DNA of 64,000 bases from the human T2T-CHM13v2.0 reference genome, Homo sapiens, in NCBI RefSeq assembly GCF_009914755.1, contig NC_060947.1, one strand, 5' to 3'. Shown here piece after piece: positions 14,955-28,617 of the stretch. Within the stretch, counting starts at the first letter, position 1; the number at the start of each line of letters is the position of its first letter. The position numbers and the translations under genes were made by a program. The notes under the pieces were generated by a model. It worked only from the letters and a program-made list of their open reading frames with translations, was not told the origin of the DNA and searched no databases.

Positions 14955-15272
14955 AGTTTCCTGAAGCCTCCCCAGCCACGCCTTCTGTACAGCCTGTGGA
15001 ACTGTGAGGAAACTAAGCCTCTTTTCTTTATAAATTATCCACTGTCAGGTAGTTTTTCATAACAGTGTGAGAACGAACCAACACACAATTTAATTATACT
15101 CTTTAAGTTATTTTAAAATTTACAATTAAATTATTATTGACTGTAGTCACCCTGTTTTGCCATCAAGTAGTAGTTCTTATTCATTATTTCTGGTTTTTGT
15201 ACCCATTAACCATCCCCCACATCCCCCCAGCTCCCCACTGCCCTTCCCAGCCTCTAGTAACCATCCTTCCAC
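14955..15272 (+). repeat. Dispersed direct copy of 17567-17878 (MSTA 3' end plus L1MA2 3' UTR junction)
   Basis: Direct alignment, about 20 substitutions and 2 indels; shares private variants such as gaggaaactaagcctc. Confidence 0.92.
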
Positions 15273-15721
15273 AGTGGGTCTGTCATATACGGCTTTTATT
15301 ATGTTGAGGTATGCTCGTTCTCTACCCGGTTTTTCAATGACTTTTATCATGAAAGGATGTTGAATATTATCATGTGAGTTTTCGGCATAAATTGAAATGA
15401 TCATATGCTTTTTATCCTTCATTATGTTTATATGATGTATGGCATTGATTGATTTGCATATGTTGAATCATCCTTGCATCCCAGGGATAAATCCCACTCC
15501 CTCATGATGAATGACCTTTTTAATGTGTTGTTGTTGAATTCAGACTGCCAGTATTTCGTTGAGGATTTTTCCATCAATGTTTATCAGACATATTGGCTAA
15601 TGTTTTCCTGTTTTTGATGTTTCTCTGGTTTTGCTACAAGAGTAATTCTGGACTTATGAGTTTGGAAGTAGTCCTTCTGCCTCTATTTTTTGGAATAGTT
15701 TTTAGTAGGATTGGTATTAGC

Positions 15722-15893
15722 TTTTTTTTTTCCCCCCCAAGGTAATTTAACTCTTTTTATTGTACTTTAAGTTCTGAGATACATGTGCAGAACGTGCAAG
15801 TTTGTTATACAGGTATACACGTGCCACGGAGGTTTGCTGCACCCACCAACCCGTCATTTGCATTAGATATTTCTCCTAATGCTATCCCTCGCC
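15722..15893 (-). mobile_element. Short L1PA (L1PA7-like) 3' end with an extra non-L1 tail
   Basis: gtactttaagttctgagatacatgtgcagaacgtgc...ctaatgctatccctc; short ttag TSD. Confidence 0.85.
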
Positions 15894-17137
15894 TTAGTTC
15901 TTAAAGAGTTTAATAAAATTTATCAGTGAAGCCATAGCATCCTGGGAGTTTCTTTGCTGGGAGACTCTTTTTATGGCTTTGATCTCATTATTTGTTATTG
16001 GTCTGTTCAGTTTTTTGATTTCTTCATAGTTCAATTTCAGTAGATTGTATATGTCTAAGAATGTATTCATTTGTTTGAGGTTTTCCAATTTGTTGACATA
16101 GAGTTGCTCATAGGAGCCTCTAATGAGCCTTTGGTTGTAATGTCTCCTTATTCATCTCTGATTTTATGTATTTGGGTCTTCCCTCTCTTTTACTTAGGCT
16201 GGCTAAAAGTTTGTTAATTTTGATTATTTTTTCAAAATTCCAGCTTTTGGCTGCATTAATCTTTTTTTATTGTTTTCTTCACTTCGATTTCATTCTGCTC
16301 TCATCTTTATTATTTCTTATCTATTACTAATTTTGGATTTGGTTTGCTTTTGCTTTTCTATTTCTTTAGGATACATTGTTGGGTTGCTCATTTGATATTT
16401 TTCCTTTTTTTCGTTTTGGGCACCTATAGCTATTAGTTTCCCTCTTAGTACTGCTTTTGCTGTATCCCATAGGTTTTAATATTTTGTGTTCCATTATCAT
16501 TTGCTTCAAAAATTTTTCAATTTTCTTCCTAATCTTTTCATTGACTAACTGGTCATTCAGGAACATATTGTTTAATTTCCATGTGTTTATACAGTTTCCA
16601 AAATTCCTCTTGTTTTTTATTTCTAGCTTCATTCTATTGTGGTCAGAAAAGATACTTGGTGTTTTAAATTTTTTTAATGTTTTAAAACTTGCTTTGTGGC
16701 TTTAAATATAGTCTATCCTTTAGAATGATCCATGTGCTGAAGGTAAGAATTTGTATTCTGCAGCCAGTCAAAGAAATGTTCCATAAATATCAATTATGTC
16801 CATATGATAATCTATAGTGCAGATTAAGCCCAATGTTTCTTTGTTGATTTTCCCTCTGGATGATATGTTCAATGCTGAAAGTTGAGTGTTGAAGTTTCTG
16901 GCTATTATTGTATTAGGATCTATCTATTTCTTTAGCTCTAATATTTGCTTTATATATCTGGGTGTTCCAGTGTCAGGTGCATTTATATTTTTACAATAGT
17001 TACAACTTCTGACTAAATTGCCCCTTTATCTTATATAGTGACCTTATTTGTCTCTTCTTATAGTTTTTGTCTTGAAATCTATTTTGTCTGATATAAGTTT
17101 AGTGAAACTTGCTCTTTTTTGTTTCCATTAGCGTGGA

Positions 17138-18013
17138 ATATATATATATATATATAGGTGGGTACATAGAAGGTGTGTATATTTATGGAGTACATGAGAT
17201 GTTTTGATAGAGGCATGCAATGTGAAATAAGCATGCCATGGAAAAAGGGGTATCATGGAGAAAGGGATGGCTACCTCCCCTTGAGAATCTATCCTTTGAG
17301 TTACAAACAATCTGGTATAGTTTGCTTCTGTGTTCCCACTCAAATCTCATGTCAAATTGTAATTCCCAATGTTGGGGGAGGGACCTGGTGGGAGGTAATT
17401 GGATCATGGCAGCAGATTTCCCCTTTGCTGTTCTCGTGATATTGAGTCAGTTCTCACAAGATCTGGTTGTTTAAAAGTATGTAGCACTTCAACCTTTGGT
17501 CTTTCTTTCCTGCTCCACCATGGTAAGACGTGCTTGCTTCTCCTTTGCCCTTCTGCCACGATTGTAAGTTTCCTGAGGCCTCCCCAGCCATGCCTTCTGT
17601 ACAGCCTGTGGAACTGTGAGGAAACTAAGCCTCTTTTCTTTATAAATTACCCATTGTCAGGTAATTCTTCTTAACAGTGTGAGAACAAACCAACACATAA
17701 TTCAATTACACTCTTTATTTTAAAATTTACAATTAAATTATTATTGGCTGTAGTCACCCTGTTGTGCTATCAAACAGTAGTTTTTATTCATTATTTCTGT
17801 TTTTGTACCCATTAACCGTCCCCCACCTCCCCCCAGCTCCCCACTGCCCTTCCCAGCCTCTAGTAACGATCCTTCCACTCTCTATGTACGTGAGTGCAAT
17901 TGTTTTGATTTTTGATCCCCAAAATAAGTGAGAACATGTAATGTTTGTCTTCCGTGCCTAGCTTATTTCACTTAACAAAATAATCTCCACTTCCATCCAT
18001 GTTGTTGCAAATG
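17138..18013 (-). mobile_element. L1MA2-like 3' UTR insertion with (TA)n tail, split by an MSTA
   Basis: gtgggtacatagaaggtgtgtatatttatgg...; host ORF2 resumes at ~18014. Confidence 0.8.
17313..17697 (+). mobile_element. MSTA solo LTR
   Basis: tg..tagtttg...caaatctcatgtcaaattgtaat...gtgtgagaacaaaccaacaca; degenerate 5-bp TSD caatc/taatt. Confidence 0.88.
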
Positions 18014-21000
18014 TTTCATCCCATCATTTTCAGTCTATGTGTGTCTTTATAGATGAAATGTGTTCCTTGTAGGCAACAGATCACTCGGTCTTGTTTTTTT
18101 GTATCCATTTAGCCACTCTATGTCTTTTGATTGGAAAGTTCATTTCATTGACATTTAATGTTATTATTGATAAGTAAGGACTTACTTCTGCCAGTTTATT
18201 ATTTGTTTTATGGATGTTTCCTGGTCTTCTCTTCCTTCTTTCTTTCCTTCCTGTCTTCCTTTTAGTAAAGATGATTTTCTCTGATGATATGATTTAGCTT
18301 CTCTTAATTTTTTGTGTATTCACTGTATGTTTATTAGTTTGAGGTTACCATAGACTTGCAAATAGCATCTTATAACCTATTATTTAAAACTGATGGCAAC
18401 TTAACACTGATTGCATATACAAGCAAAAAGAAAATAAATAAAAACTCTATAACTTTGTCTCCCTGCTTTTTAAGTTTTTGTTTTTTTCTATTTGTATCTC
18501 ATTGTACTGTCTCTGTCATGACAAATTGTTTTAGTTATTTTTGATCATTTCATTTTTTTGTCTTTCTTCTTAAGATATGAGCCATTTACACATCACAATT
18601 TTGGTGTGATAATATTCTTTTTTTTCCTGCGTGCTTACTATTACCAGTGAGTTATGGACCTTCAGATGATTTCTTATTGCTTATTGGCAATTTTTTGTTC
18701 ATATTGAAAAACTCCTTTTAGCATTTCTTGTAAGACAGATCCAATGTTGATGAACTCTCTCAGCTTTTGTTTGTCTGGGAAGTATTTATTTCTCTTTTAT
18801 ATTTGAAGGATATTTTTACCAGATATACTTTTCTAGAGTAAAAGTTGTTCTGCTTCCGCACTTTAAATACGACATGCTACTTTCTCCTGGACTATACTAT
18901 ACAGTTTCTACTGAATAGTTTTCTTGCAGACATATTGGAGTTTCTTTGTATGTCACTTGTTTCTTTACTATTGCTGCTTTTAGAATCTTTCCTTGTCCTT
19001 ACCCTTTAGGGTTTGATTGTTAAATGCCTTGAGATAGTCTTCTTTTGGTTATATCTTCTTGGTTTTTTATATCTTTGTTGTACTTGGATATTGACATCTT
19101 TCTCTAGATTTGGAAAGTTCTGTGTTATTATCCCAATGAGTAAACTTTCTACTCCTATCTCTTTCTACCTCCTGTTTAAGGCCAATAACTCTTATATTTG
19201 CCCTTTTGAAGCTATTTTCTTGATCTTTTAATCATGCTTCTTTGTTTTATACTCTTTTTTATTTTGTCTCCTCTATATATTTTTAAATATGTAGACTATA
19301 TTTTTAAATAGCCTGTCTTTAAGCTCACTAATTATTTCTTCTGCATGATTAATTCTGCTATTAAAAGACCAATGCATTTTTCAGTATGTCAGTGGCATTT
19401 TTCAGCTCCAGAATTTCTGCTTGACTATTTTTAGTTATTTTAATTTCTTTGTTAAATTTATCTGATAGAATTCTAAATTTCTTCTCTGTGTTATCTTGAA
19501 TTTCTTTGAGTTTCTCAACACAGATATATTGAACTCTCTGTCGGAAAGATCACATATATCTGTTTCTCTGGGATTGGACCCTGGTGTCTTATTTAATTCG
19601 TTTGTTGGTGTCCTGTTTTCCTGGATGGTTTTGATATTTGTGGATGTTCATCAGTTTCCAGGCATTGAATTGTTAGATGTTTATTGTAGTCTTCACAATC
19701 TGAGCTTGTTTGTATGCATCCTTGCTGGGAAGGTTTTCCAGGTATTCAATGGGACTTTGGTGTTATAATCCAATGTTTTTTCATTGTAGTCTTATCTGCA
19801 TTACCCCAAGCCCAATAACGCTGTAGTCCTTGCAGACTTGTAGTTGTACCACCTTGGTGGTCTTGGATAAGATTTGGGAGAATTCTCTGGATTACCCGTT
19901 AGAGACTCCTGTTCTGTTCCCTTAATTTATTCCAAACAAATGGAGTCTTTCTCTGTGCTGAGCTACCTAGTGCTGGCGAAGGAGTGACACAAGCACGACT
20001 GTGTCTACCACTACTGGGATTGTGCTCGATCAGACCTGAAGCCGGCAGAGCACTGGGTCTTGTCAAAAGCTGCTATAACCATTACCTGGTTACTACCTAT
20101 GTTCACTCAAGGCTGTAGCACTCTATAATCAGCAGATCATGAAGCCAGTCTTATGTCCTTCCCTTCAGGGTGGAAAGTTCCCTGGGGCCCTGGGTGGGTA
20201 CAGAGATGCCATCTGGGAGCCAGAGATCAGAGTAGAAAATCCCCCAAATCCATCTGGTGCTCTTTTCCATGGTGGTTAATCTGGAACTGAAACCAGAAGA
20301 CATGGTTCTTCCCATTCTTCCCTCCCCTTTCCTCAGGCAAAGGAGTGTCTCCTTGTGTCCACCATCACCACAGGCCTATGGGGGAGTACTGACAGCATAC
20401 CCGTGATGTTCATTTAAAGCCAAATGGCTTCCAATATGCTAGTGGTGATTCTACCAGGCCTGGGACTCACCTTTCAGGACAATTGACTCCCCTCTTTGCC
20501 AGGGTATGTCCAGAAATTCCATCCAAGATCCAAAGCCTGGAATTGGGGACTCCTAGAGACCACTTGGTGCTCTTCCTCACTTTGTCCAAGCTCGTACCTA
20601 AGTTGCAAGACAAAGTCCCCTATATTCTTCCCTCTTCTTTTCTCAAGCAGAAAAAGGTCTTTCCTTGAGGCCACCACAGCTGTGAATATGCTGGGTCACA
20701 CCTAAATGAAGCACGACTCAGAGTCTCACCCAAGGCTCAAGGCATAGATTACCTCCTTATAGTTGCTGATTATTCAGGGCTCAAGTTCTCTTAAGTCAGC
20801 AGGTGCTGAACCCTGTCAAGACTGGGTCCTTCCCTTCAAGGCAGTGCATTACATTCTAGGGTGGATCTAGAAATGTCATCTGGGAGCTAGGGCATGGAAT
20901 GAGGCCTCATGACTCTGCCCAGTGCCCTATCCTACTGTGGCTGAGCTGGTATTTAAGTTGCAAAACAAAGTCATCTTTACTCTTTCCTCTCCTCTTCTCG

Positions 21001-21627
21001 AGTGTAAAGTTGGGATTTCTTTTGTTATTGTAGGCTGTGTTGTCTGGGGTTGTGGGAGGGGTGGAGCAAGCATTCAATCTGCCTAGGCTGATATCTCACT
21101 GGGTTATGTGATCCCTAAATCCACTGGCTCTGAGCCCAGTACAGTACTAGGACTTGCCTAGAAGTTGCAGGCCTTGTGGCCTAGACAGCCTTTCTAGTTT
21201 ATTTAGAGCCCTAGAGTACATTAGCCTGCAATGACAAGGCTGCTGAAACTCAAGTTCCAACTGCTGGGATAGGTAATTCTCCTCTGGCTGGGGCTAGTCT
21301 ATATGCTCCCTCCATGGGTGCTGCTGAGTTCTGCCGTGTGTCCCCATAATCACTGTGCTCTCCCTCCCCCAATTCATAGATTCTTTCTCTGTGCCACATG
21401 GGCCACTACCAGAGGACTGGGGAGCAGTGATGTTAGCAATTCAAACTGTCTCTTCTACCCTCTTCAGTGTCTCTTTTAGTGATATGAAGTTGTTAAAACC
21501 AGGTACTATGATTGCTCACCTGATTTATGAAGGTGGTTTTTGTATAGATAGTTGTCAAATTTGGTTTTCCTGCAGGGAGAATAATTGATGGAGACTTCTA
21601 TTCACTTATCCTTCTCCTGCCCCCTCC

Positions 21628-23652
21628 AATTTTATTCTTTTTTATGGCTGAATTGTATTCCATTGTGTATATATACCACATTTCCTTTATCCATTCATCA
21701 GTTGCTGAACACTTCGGTTGATTTCATCTTTTTGCTACTGTAAATAGTGCTTCAATAAACATATGAGTTCAGATTTCCCTTTCATATATTGATTTCTTTC
21801 CCTTTGGTTAGATACCCAGTAGTGAAATTGCTGGACCAAATGATAATTCTATTTTTAGTTTTTGGAGAAATCTCCAGCTGTTTTCCATAGTGGCTGTACT
21901 AGTTTACATTCCCACCAACAATATATAAGAGTTCCCTTTTCTCTGCATTCTCGCCAACGTCTATATTTTTTCTTTTTGGTAATACCCATTCTGACTGGGG
22001 TAAGATGATATCTCACTGTGGTTTTGATTTGCATTTCTCTGATGATTACTGATTTTGAGAATTTTTTAATATATCTGTTGACCATTTGTATATCTTCTTT
22101 TGAGAAATGTCTATTCATGTTCTTTGACCACATTTTAATGGAATTACTTGGTATTTCCTATTGAATTGTTTGAGTTCTTTGTATATTCTGGAAAATAGTC
22201 CCCTGTCAGATGAATCATTTGCAAACATTTTCTCCCATTCAATAGGTTGTCTCTAATCTGCTGATTATTTCTTTTAGCATTCAGAAGCTTTTTAGTTTAA
22301 TTAAACACATTTATCTATTTCGGTTTTTGTTGCATGTGCTTTTGAGATCTTGTCATACATTATTTGCCTAGACAACATCCAGGAGAGTTTTCTCTAGGTT
22401 TTCTTCCAGTATTTTAAAAGTTTTGGGCCTTACCTTTATGTCTTTGATCTATTTTTACTTGATTTTTATATATGATGAGAAATAAGGGTCACGTTTTATT
22501 CTGCATGTGGTGATCCAATTTTACGAGTACCATTTCTTAAATAGAATTCCCTTTTCCAAATGTAAGTTCTTATCAGCTTTGTGAAAGATCAATTGGCTAT
22601 AAATACGTGCTTTATGTCTGGATTCTCTATTCTCTTCCATTAGTTTGGTCCATTGGTCTATGTGTCTATTTTTATACCAATACCATGTTCTTTTGTTTCC
22701 TACAGCCTTGTAATACATTTTGAAATCAGGTAACATGATGCCTCCAGATTTGTTCTTTTGGTCAGGATTCCTTTGAATATTTTGCTCTTTTTTTTCTGTA
22801 AAAATTTTAGGATTTTTTTTCTAACTCTGTAAAAAATGTGGTATTGGTATTTGGATGGGATTGCATTGAATCTTTAGATTGCTTTGGGCAATATCACAAT
22901 TTTAATATTAATTATTTTGATCCATGAGTATGAGATGTTTTTCCATTTGTTTGTGTGATCCTCAATTTCTATCATCAGTATTTTTTTATTTCTCCTGCAG
23001 AGATCTTTCACCTTCTTGTTGAAATATATTCCTAGGTATTTTATATTTTTGTGGTTATTGTAAATGCAGTTGCCTTCTTGATTTCTTTCTTGGCTGGATC
23101 ATTATTCATGTATGAAAGTTCTACTAATTTCTGTATATTGATTTTGTAGCCAGAAACTTTACTGAGTTCATTTATAAAGCAAATAGTTTTTTGGTAGAGT
23201 CTTTAGGTTTTCCTGGATATAAGACCATATTAGCAAAGAGGGACAATTTGACTTTTACTTTTACAATTTAGAGGCTTTTTATTTATTTCCATTGCCTGAT
23301 TGGTCTGTCTAGGACTTCCAGTAGTATGTTGATTAGAAGTGGTGAAAGTGGGCATCTGTGTCTTGTTCCAGTTCTTAGAGGAGAAGCTTTCAGCTTTTCC
23401 CTATTCAATATGATGTTAGCTATGGGCTTGTCACATATGGAAAGCTTTTCACTTTGTTGAGATACTTTTCTTCTATACCTAATTTATCGTGAAGGTTGTC
23501 AAATTTTATCAGTTGCTTTTTCTCCATATATTGAAATGATCATACGGTTTTTGTCTTTCATTCTGTTGATGTGCTGCATCAAGTTTATTGATCTGCATAT
23601 ATTGAACAATCCTTGCATTGAAGGGATAAATCCCACTAGATTATGGTGTATT
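21628..23652 (-). mobile_element. Host L1MA continued (ORF2 3' half, 5'-truncated)
   Basis: ORFs [13 protein letters not shown]...TTVRYHLTPVRM and LPDFKMYYKA...WYWYKNRHIDQW. Confidence 0.88.
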
Positions 23653-23757
23653 TGCTAACTGTCATAACAGCTTTGAGTACGGACATAAGCCGGAAGTGGA
23701 GAACCCATTTCTTAAATGTTCCTAAGAGGTTCATAGATGCTGATCCTTCACAGAACC

Positions 23758-24211
23758 TGCAGTGAATGCAGTAGTATGCCATCTATGCCTATCCTTCAGG
23801 ATTGAGGTACTCACACCCATGGCTGTCAGGTGTGACTGTAGCTACAAACACTCATCTGAGTCCTTTCTCCAAAATTTCCTTCAGCCATAGGAAAACCTCT
23901 CACCCAATGGCAACCCACATCCCGTCATTCCCCCTCCCCAGTGGCAACCCACATCCAGTGGATGGTCAATGCAGGGATATGAAGGTGAGTCTCATTCCCT
24001 CAATTTAAGATATCCTTGAAGGCAATGGCAGCTTGAGCACTCTGTATGGGATCAGTCAAGGCCTCTGTTGCAAGAGTATCATACTTCAGCCTTTTTTTTC
24101 TCTGCTTTTTATCCTGCTTCCTTCACTCCTTACAGATATTATGCTTGAGAACATTCTTGGCATGCAAAAATCCACCTCAAAGTCTGTTTCCCAGAGAATC
24201 AAGTCTAGATA
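23758..24211 (+). mobile_element. LTR16-family ERVL 5' LTR
   Basis: Ends ctcaaagtctgtttcccagagaatcaagtctagata, followed directly by internal sequence gtttgtgccatgagtg. Confidence 0.7.
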
Positions 24212-24408
24212 GTTTGTGCCATGAGTGATCTGAAGAAGATTTGAAAATAGGACTTGGCAGTGGATCACCTGCTGGTCAGCTGGCAATGAAGACCACTTCA
24301 CTAGTGGTACTTGGAATACTGATAGCTTCTGACACAATGTAGCAGTGTGACTGTTCAATCTTATCAACAGTAAAATGAGATAAAATGGTGGAAGGGAATG
24401 TACTAGAA

Positions 24409-24786
24409 CAGGGATCCCCAAACCCCAGGATTTGGACCAGTACTGGTCTGTGGCCAGTTAGGCACAAGTTTGCACAGCAGGAGGTGAGCGATGGGCAAGA
24501 GAGCATTACTGCCTTATCTCAGCCTCCTGTCAGATTAGTGGCAGCATTAGATTCTTGTAGGAACGCGAACCCTGTTGTGAACTGTGCATGCAGAGGATTT
24601 AGGTTGTTCTCTTCTTATGATAATCTAACTAATTCCTGATGTAATGCCTGATGATCTGAAATGGAACACTTTCATCCTGAAACCATCCCCACCATTCCCC
24701 CTACCCCTTCTGTCATCCAGTCAGTCTGTGGAAAAATTGTCTTCCGTGAAATTTGTCCCTGGTGCCAAAATGATTGGGGACTTCTA
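24409..24786 (+). mobile_element. MER1B (hAT-Charlie) DNA transposon
   Basis: cagggatcccc...ggggacttcta termini; perfect 8-bp TSD tactagaa at 24401-24408 and 24787-24794. Confidence 0.92.
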
Positions 24787-25829
24787 TACTAGAAGATGTA
24801 ATATATCAGATTTTGAGAATTTCTGCAGAAGTAATAATTATATAAGCACTATGAAACTAGATGGTTGTTAACCAATGCACTGGTGAAAATCAAAAACAAG
24901 CTGAGTAAGGATCACCAGTTTAAGGTAGCAACTGAGCACTTCTTTACCAACATATGAATATAGTCTCATTCTTACAGAAAACCCTGAGAATCAGATAAGA
25001 ACATAATTAAGAGTAGCAGAACGCAAGAAAAGGCTAAATTCTCAGCCAGCAAATCTGCTATACTAGTATCCAGATTGGGAAGGAGTAAGAGCCTGAGACT
25101 TGAGATGGGAACAATCTAGGTTAATTTACTTGACATTCTTGAGTCCTCAGATTTCCCTAAACTTCTTGGGCTTGCAGAAGTGAATTATCTCAGCAAATTC
25201 TCATTGCCACCTTGTGCCCCCACTTTCTGCCTTGCTTTCAACATAAGCCTTTTTCAGGATATATTCCAACTCCTTTTTAATCTCCAGAAAACAACTAAGT
25301 CTCAGTCACAACATAATACAGGAGGAAGAGTGCTGGATGTGCTAATAGAGGAAAGAAACTATGATATAAAAAAGTTTTAGGACCTAGAAAACATTTTCCA
25401 GAAGAATCTGGGAGACTACCCATGATTGTAGAATGATACACTACATAAGGCTGGGAGATCCACCAGGAGGCTATATTCCAATAGAAAATCCACTGGATAC
25501 TCCATTTTCTAAGTGCTGAGACATGTGTTGGTGCAAAGGGATATCAAGTGACCATGTATCCATAATTGGTTAAATTATACTGCTTCTGTCAGACCCACCA
25601 AGTCATAAGACAAAGCAGGTCTAGGAGCATTCTATAATAAATGGAAGTGGTGTATGAAGGATTGGGCATGAGCAGAGATGAATACACAAGTAAACTTCCC
25701 AACAAGGTGGTCTATCTTCTACTGTTTTTATGAGCATCTCTTCCTCATTTCATACTGATGGCAGCATACGAGAGGCCCCTTGGGACTAGCTATCAGAAGA
25801 AGGGTCAGGGAGAGTAGTTTATAGATGAG

Positions 25830-26662
25830 TGTATAGGGGAATTTATTTTCTATATTCAACAAAGAAAATGTTTGTGACCAAATGTGTGGGGCTTTTTCTC
25901 ACATAAACCAGTTCACCAACTCTCCAGACACCAACTGGAATCTTCTGGTTTAATTTAATTCTGACACTATCTATGTGATGATAGCATCAGATCTCACAGG
26001 TTAAGGGCTCACTCCCACAATACTGCCTCCATTTCAAGTGCCAATCACAAGTTCGGGTTGTTACTTGTGCTTCTGACTGACCAGCTGTTAATCAGAGATT
26101 CCCATGACTCCCTCCTTGGGTTCAATCATTTGCTACAATAGCATACATAATTCAGAAAAACAGTTTACTTACCAGATTACAGGCCTATTATAAAAGGATG
26201 CAACTCAGAAACAGCCAGCTGAAAGAGATGCATAGAGCAATTTATGTGGGAAGGGACATGGAGGTTCCATGACCTCTCCAGGTAACGTACCCTCCTAGCA
26301 TTTCTACACGTTCAGCAACCAGAAAGCTCTCTAAACCTCTTCCTTGAGGGGTTTTATGGAGGCTTAATTATTTAGGCATGACTAGTAAAATCACTGGCCA
26401 TTGGTGATCAGCTCAACCTCCAGCCCCTCTATCCTGCTTAAAGGTTGGGTGGTGGGGCTGAAAATTCCAGCCCTCTTGTAACATGGTTGATTCCCCTGGC
26501 AACCAGCTCCTATATTGAGGTTATCCAGGAGCCTAGCCACCAGTCGTCTCATAGGCACACAAAAAGACACTTACACTTTAGAGATTCCAAGGGGTTTAGA
26601 AGCTTCTGTGCCAGGAAACTGGACAAAAATGAACTATATATTTCTTATGATAAATTGCAACA
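25830..26662 (-). mobile_element. MER21 (B/C-like) solo LTR
   Basis: Reverse complement begins tgttgcaatt...aagaaatatata...ttcctggcacagaagcttctaaacccc. Confidence 0.82.
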
Positions 26663-28266
26663 AAAAACTACTGCAGCCCTACAGTCCTGCTTCATGGTGG
26701 TCTTGAACATCAATGATTATGAGAAATCCTCCAAATAGGCAGTCCTTCAAAAGGTTCAACGGGTCTTCTTTTATTATTAGGAAAGAAACAACCTGAGATA
26801 AGAATATAGCATCTCATGGGCAGTGGCAGATGGCTTGACAGGTTGATCAGTGTCCTGTCCATTCACTAATTGGAAGATTAGTGACGAAGACTGGGCAAGA
26901 GACATGTGGATGGAGCTATGGAAGTGAGCATAAAAGGTAAAGGTTTTAGTATCATAAATTAATGCTTACTTGAGACTATGCATCATGTAAGATACACTTA
27001 ACAACCAGTTTTTCTAAATGATTTTGCTAGTTATCAACTGCCATTCTATAACATCCAGTGTCTGTAGCTGGCAAAGTGAAGACACAGAGTAACCAGAGTA
27101 GAATAGAGAATATCCCTGGAACCAACAGCATGCACTCCAACATATCAGGCTGGCTTTGCCACTGTGTCTGCCGAACATCCAACCTGCCAGCAACAAAGGC
27201 CAAAACTGAGACCCAGTACATCATCATACTTCAAGAAAACCAACCAACTGCATGGTGGCAAGGTGATTACATTGGACCCCTTCCAGCTTGCAAAGGGCAG
27301 TAATTCATTGTGACTAAATTCAACATATATTTCAGGTATGAGATTTTTCTTCCTACCTAAATGGCACCAGCCAGGACCACTATTCAAGGGAATACACACA
27401 GATACATGATCTTACAAAGCCTCACATTGTACCAAGAGATCAACCTTATATTAAAGGAGACGAGGCAGTCAGCAAATGGCCATGACTTCCTCCAAATATT
27501 ACCTTCTACTGCATCACCAAAAAGTTGTTGGTTTGATACAGAAATAGAAAAGATTTTAAAGGTGCAGCTCAAGTACTAATTTGAATACAATAGCCTGTGA
27601 TGGTGGAGTGCCTTTGCCACTGTATACAACCCAAATTTATTAGCATTGTATGGTACTGTGAGACAATACGTAGAATGCATGGGTATGGAAACCAAGGTGG
27701 GGGGAGTAAAAATAATGTTTTACCATCATTTCCAAGGACCCATTTGGAATATCTGCACTTCCTCTCCCAATAATTTTAAGTTCTATAGGACTGGATATCC
27801 TAGATATCAGAGGAGAATGTTTCTATCAGGGAACACAGCAAAAAGAGTTCCATTAAACTTCAAAGCTGTGGCTGCTTCCCAGGTGTTTCAGGCCTTTTGT
27901 ACCAAGAAAGGAGCAGGAAAGGAACAGGCAGTATCCTGGCAGGGGAAATGGACCCTGATCATCATGAGCAAGTAAGGCTAAGGTTGTACAAAGGAAGAAT
28001 ACATTTGGTTCCAAGATGATCCACTAGATGTCTCCTCATATTCTGAAGCCTAAATCTAATGGCAAATGGGCAAGTAAGTGGACAGTCATGGCCGATGGAG
28101 TATACAGAATATCACCCAGCAAATTTACAGAATATATCAGTCCATTTAAAATGTTAATAGATTATTGTTGTCGAGAATCTGTCATTAGTCCTGTAAGTGC
28201 AAAAGTGATTACATCAGCAAACTGAGTGTGTATCCACCGGTTAGGATTCAACTTGTATTAACCTGG

Positions 28267-28600
28267 TGTATCGATCTGGGGCCCAGCAGGAAACAGGTGC
28301 CACACTCAAATGAGGTGACTAAAAATAATTTTATGAAGAAACAGTTTATAAGTGTGTAAGCTGGTTTAAGAGATTGCAACAAGAGATGATAGAGAATCCC
28401 TGGGATAGTTACAACTGAAAACCACTGCTACTGGTGGGTCTTAAAAGACAAGGGGTTGAGTGATTGTCAGAACATGAACAGACCTGTAGCTAAAGACCAG
28501 GAATCCTCTGTTATGAACTTTGGCTTTAGAAAGAAAACACAGCCAATACCAACCTGGAGCCTAGCAGGATGAACAATGGAGAAATAAATTTTTGCCCTGT
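28267..28600 (-). mobile_element. Ancient ERVL-type LTR fragment (LTR67B-like)
   Basis: cccagcaggaaacaggtgccacactcaaat motif; highly diverged. Confidence 0.45.
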
Positions 28601-28617
28601 TTATTCTTTCTCTCTTT

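Larger units (their letters stand above)
12632..21627 (-). mobile_element. Full-length decayed L1MA3-like element with nested insertions
   Basis: 3' UTR at 12632, ORF2 ~13017-18195, ORF1 ~18670-19800, 5' UTR to 21627; imperfect TSD aaattcattctcttt (12616-12630) / aattttattcttttt (21628-21642); host resumes in register. Confidence 0.88.
24212..28090 (+). mobile_element. ERVL internal region (ERV3-16A3-like) with decayed gag/pol, split by MER1B and MER21
   Basis: RNase H-like WAVADGLTG...WKI..WARDMWMELW; integrase QPTAWWQGDYIGPLP; dUTPase-like region ~27830-27990. Confidence 0.8.
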
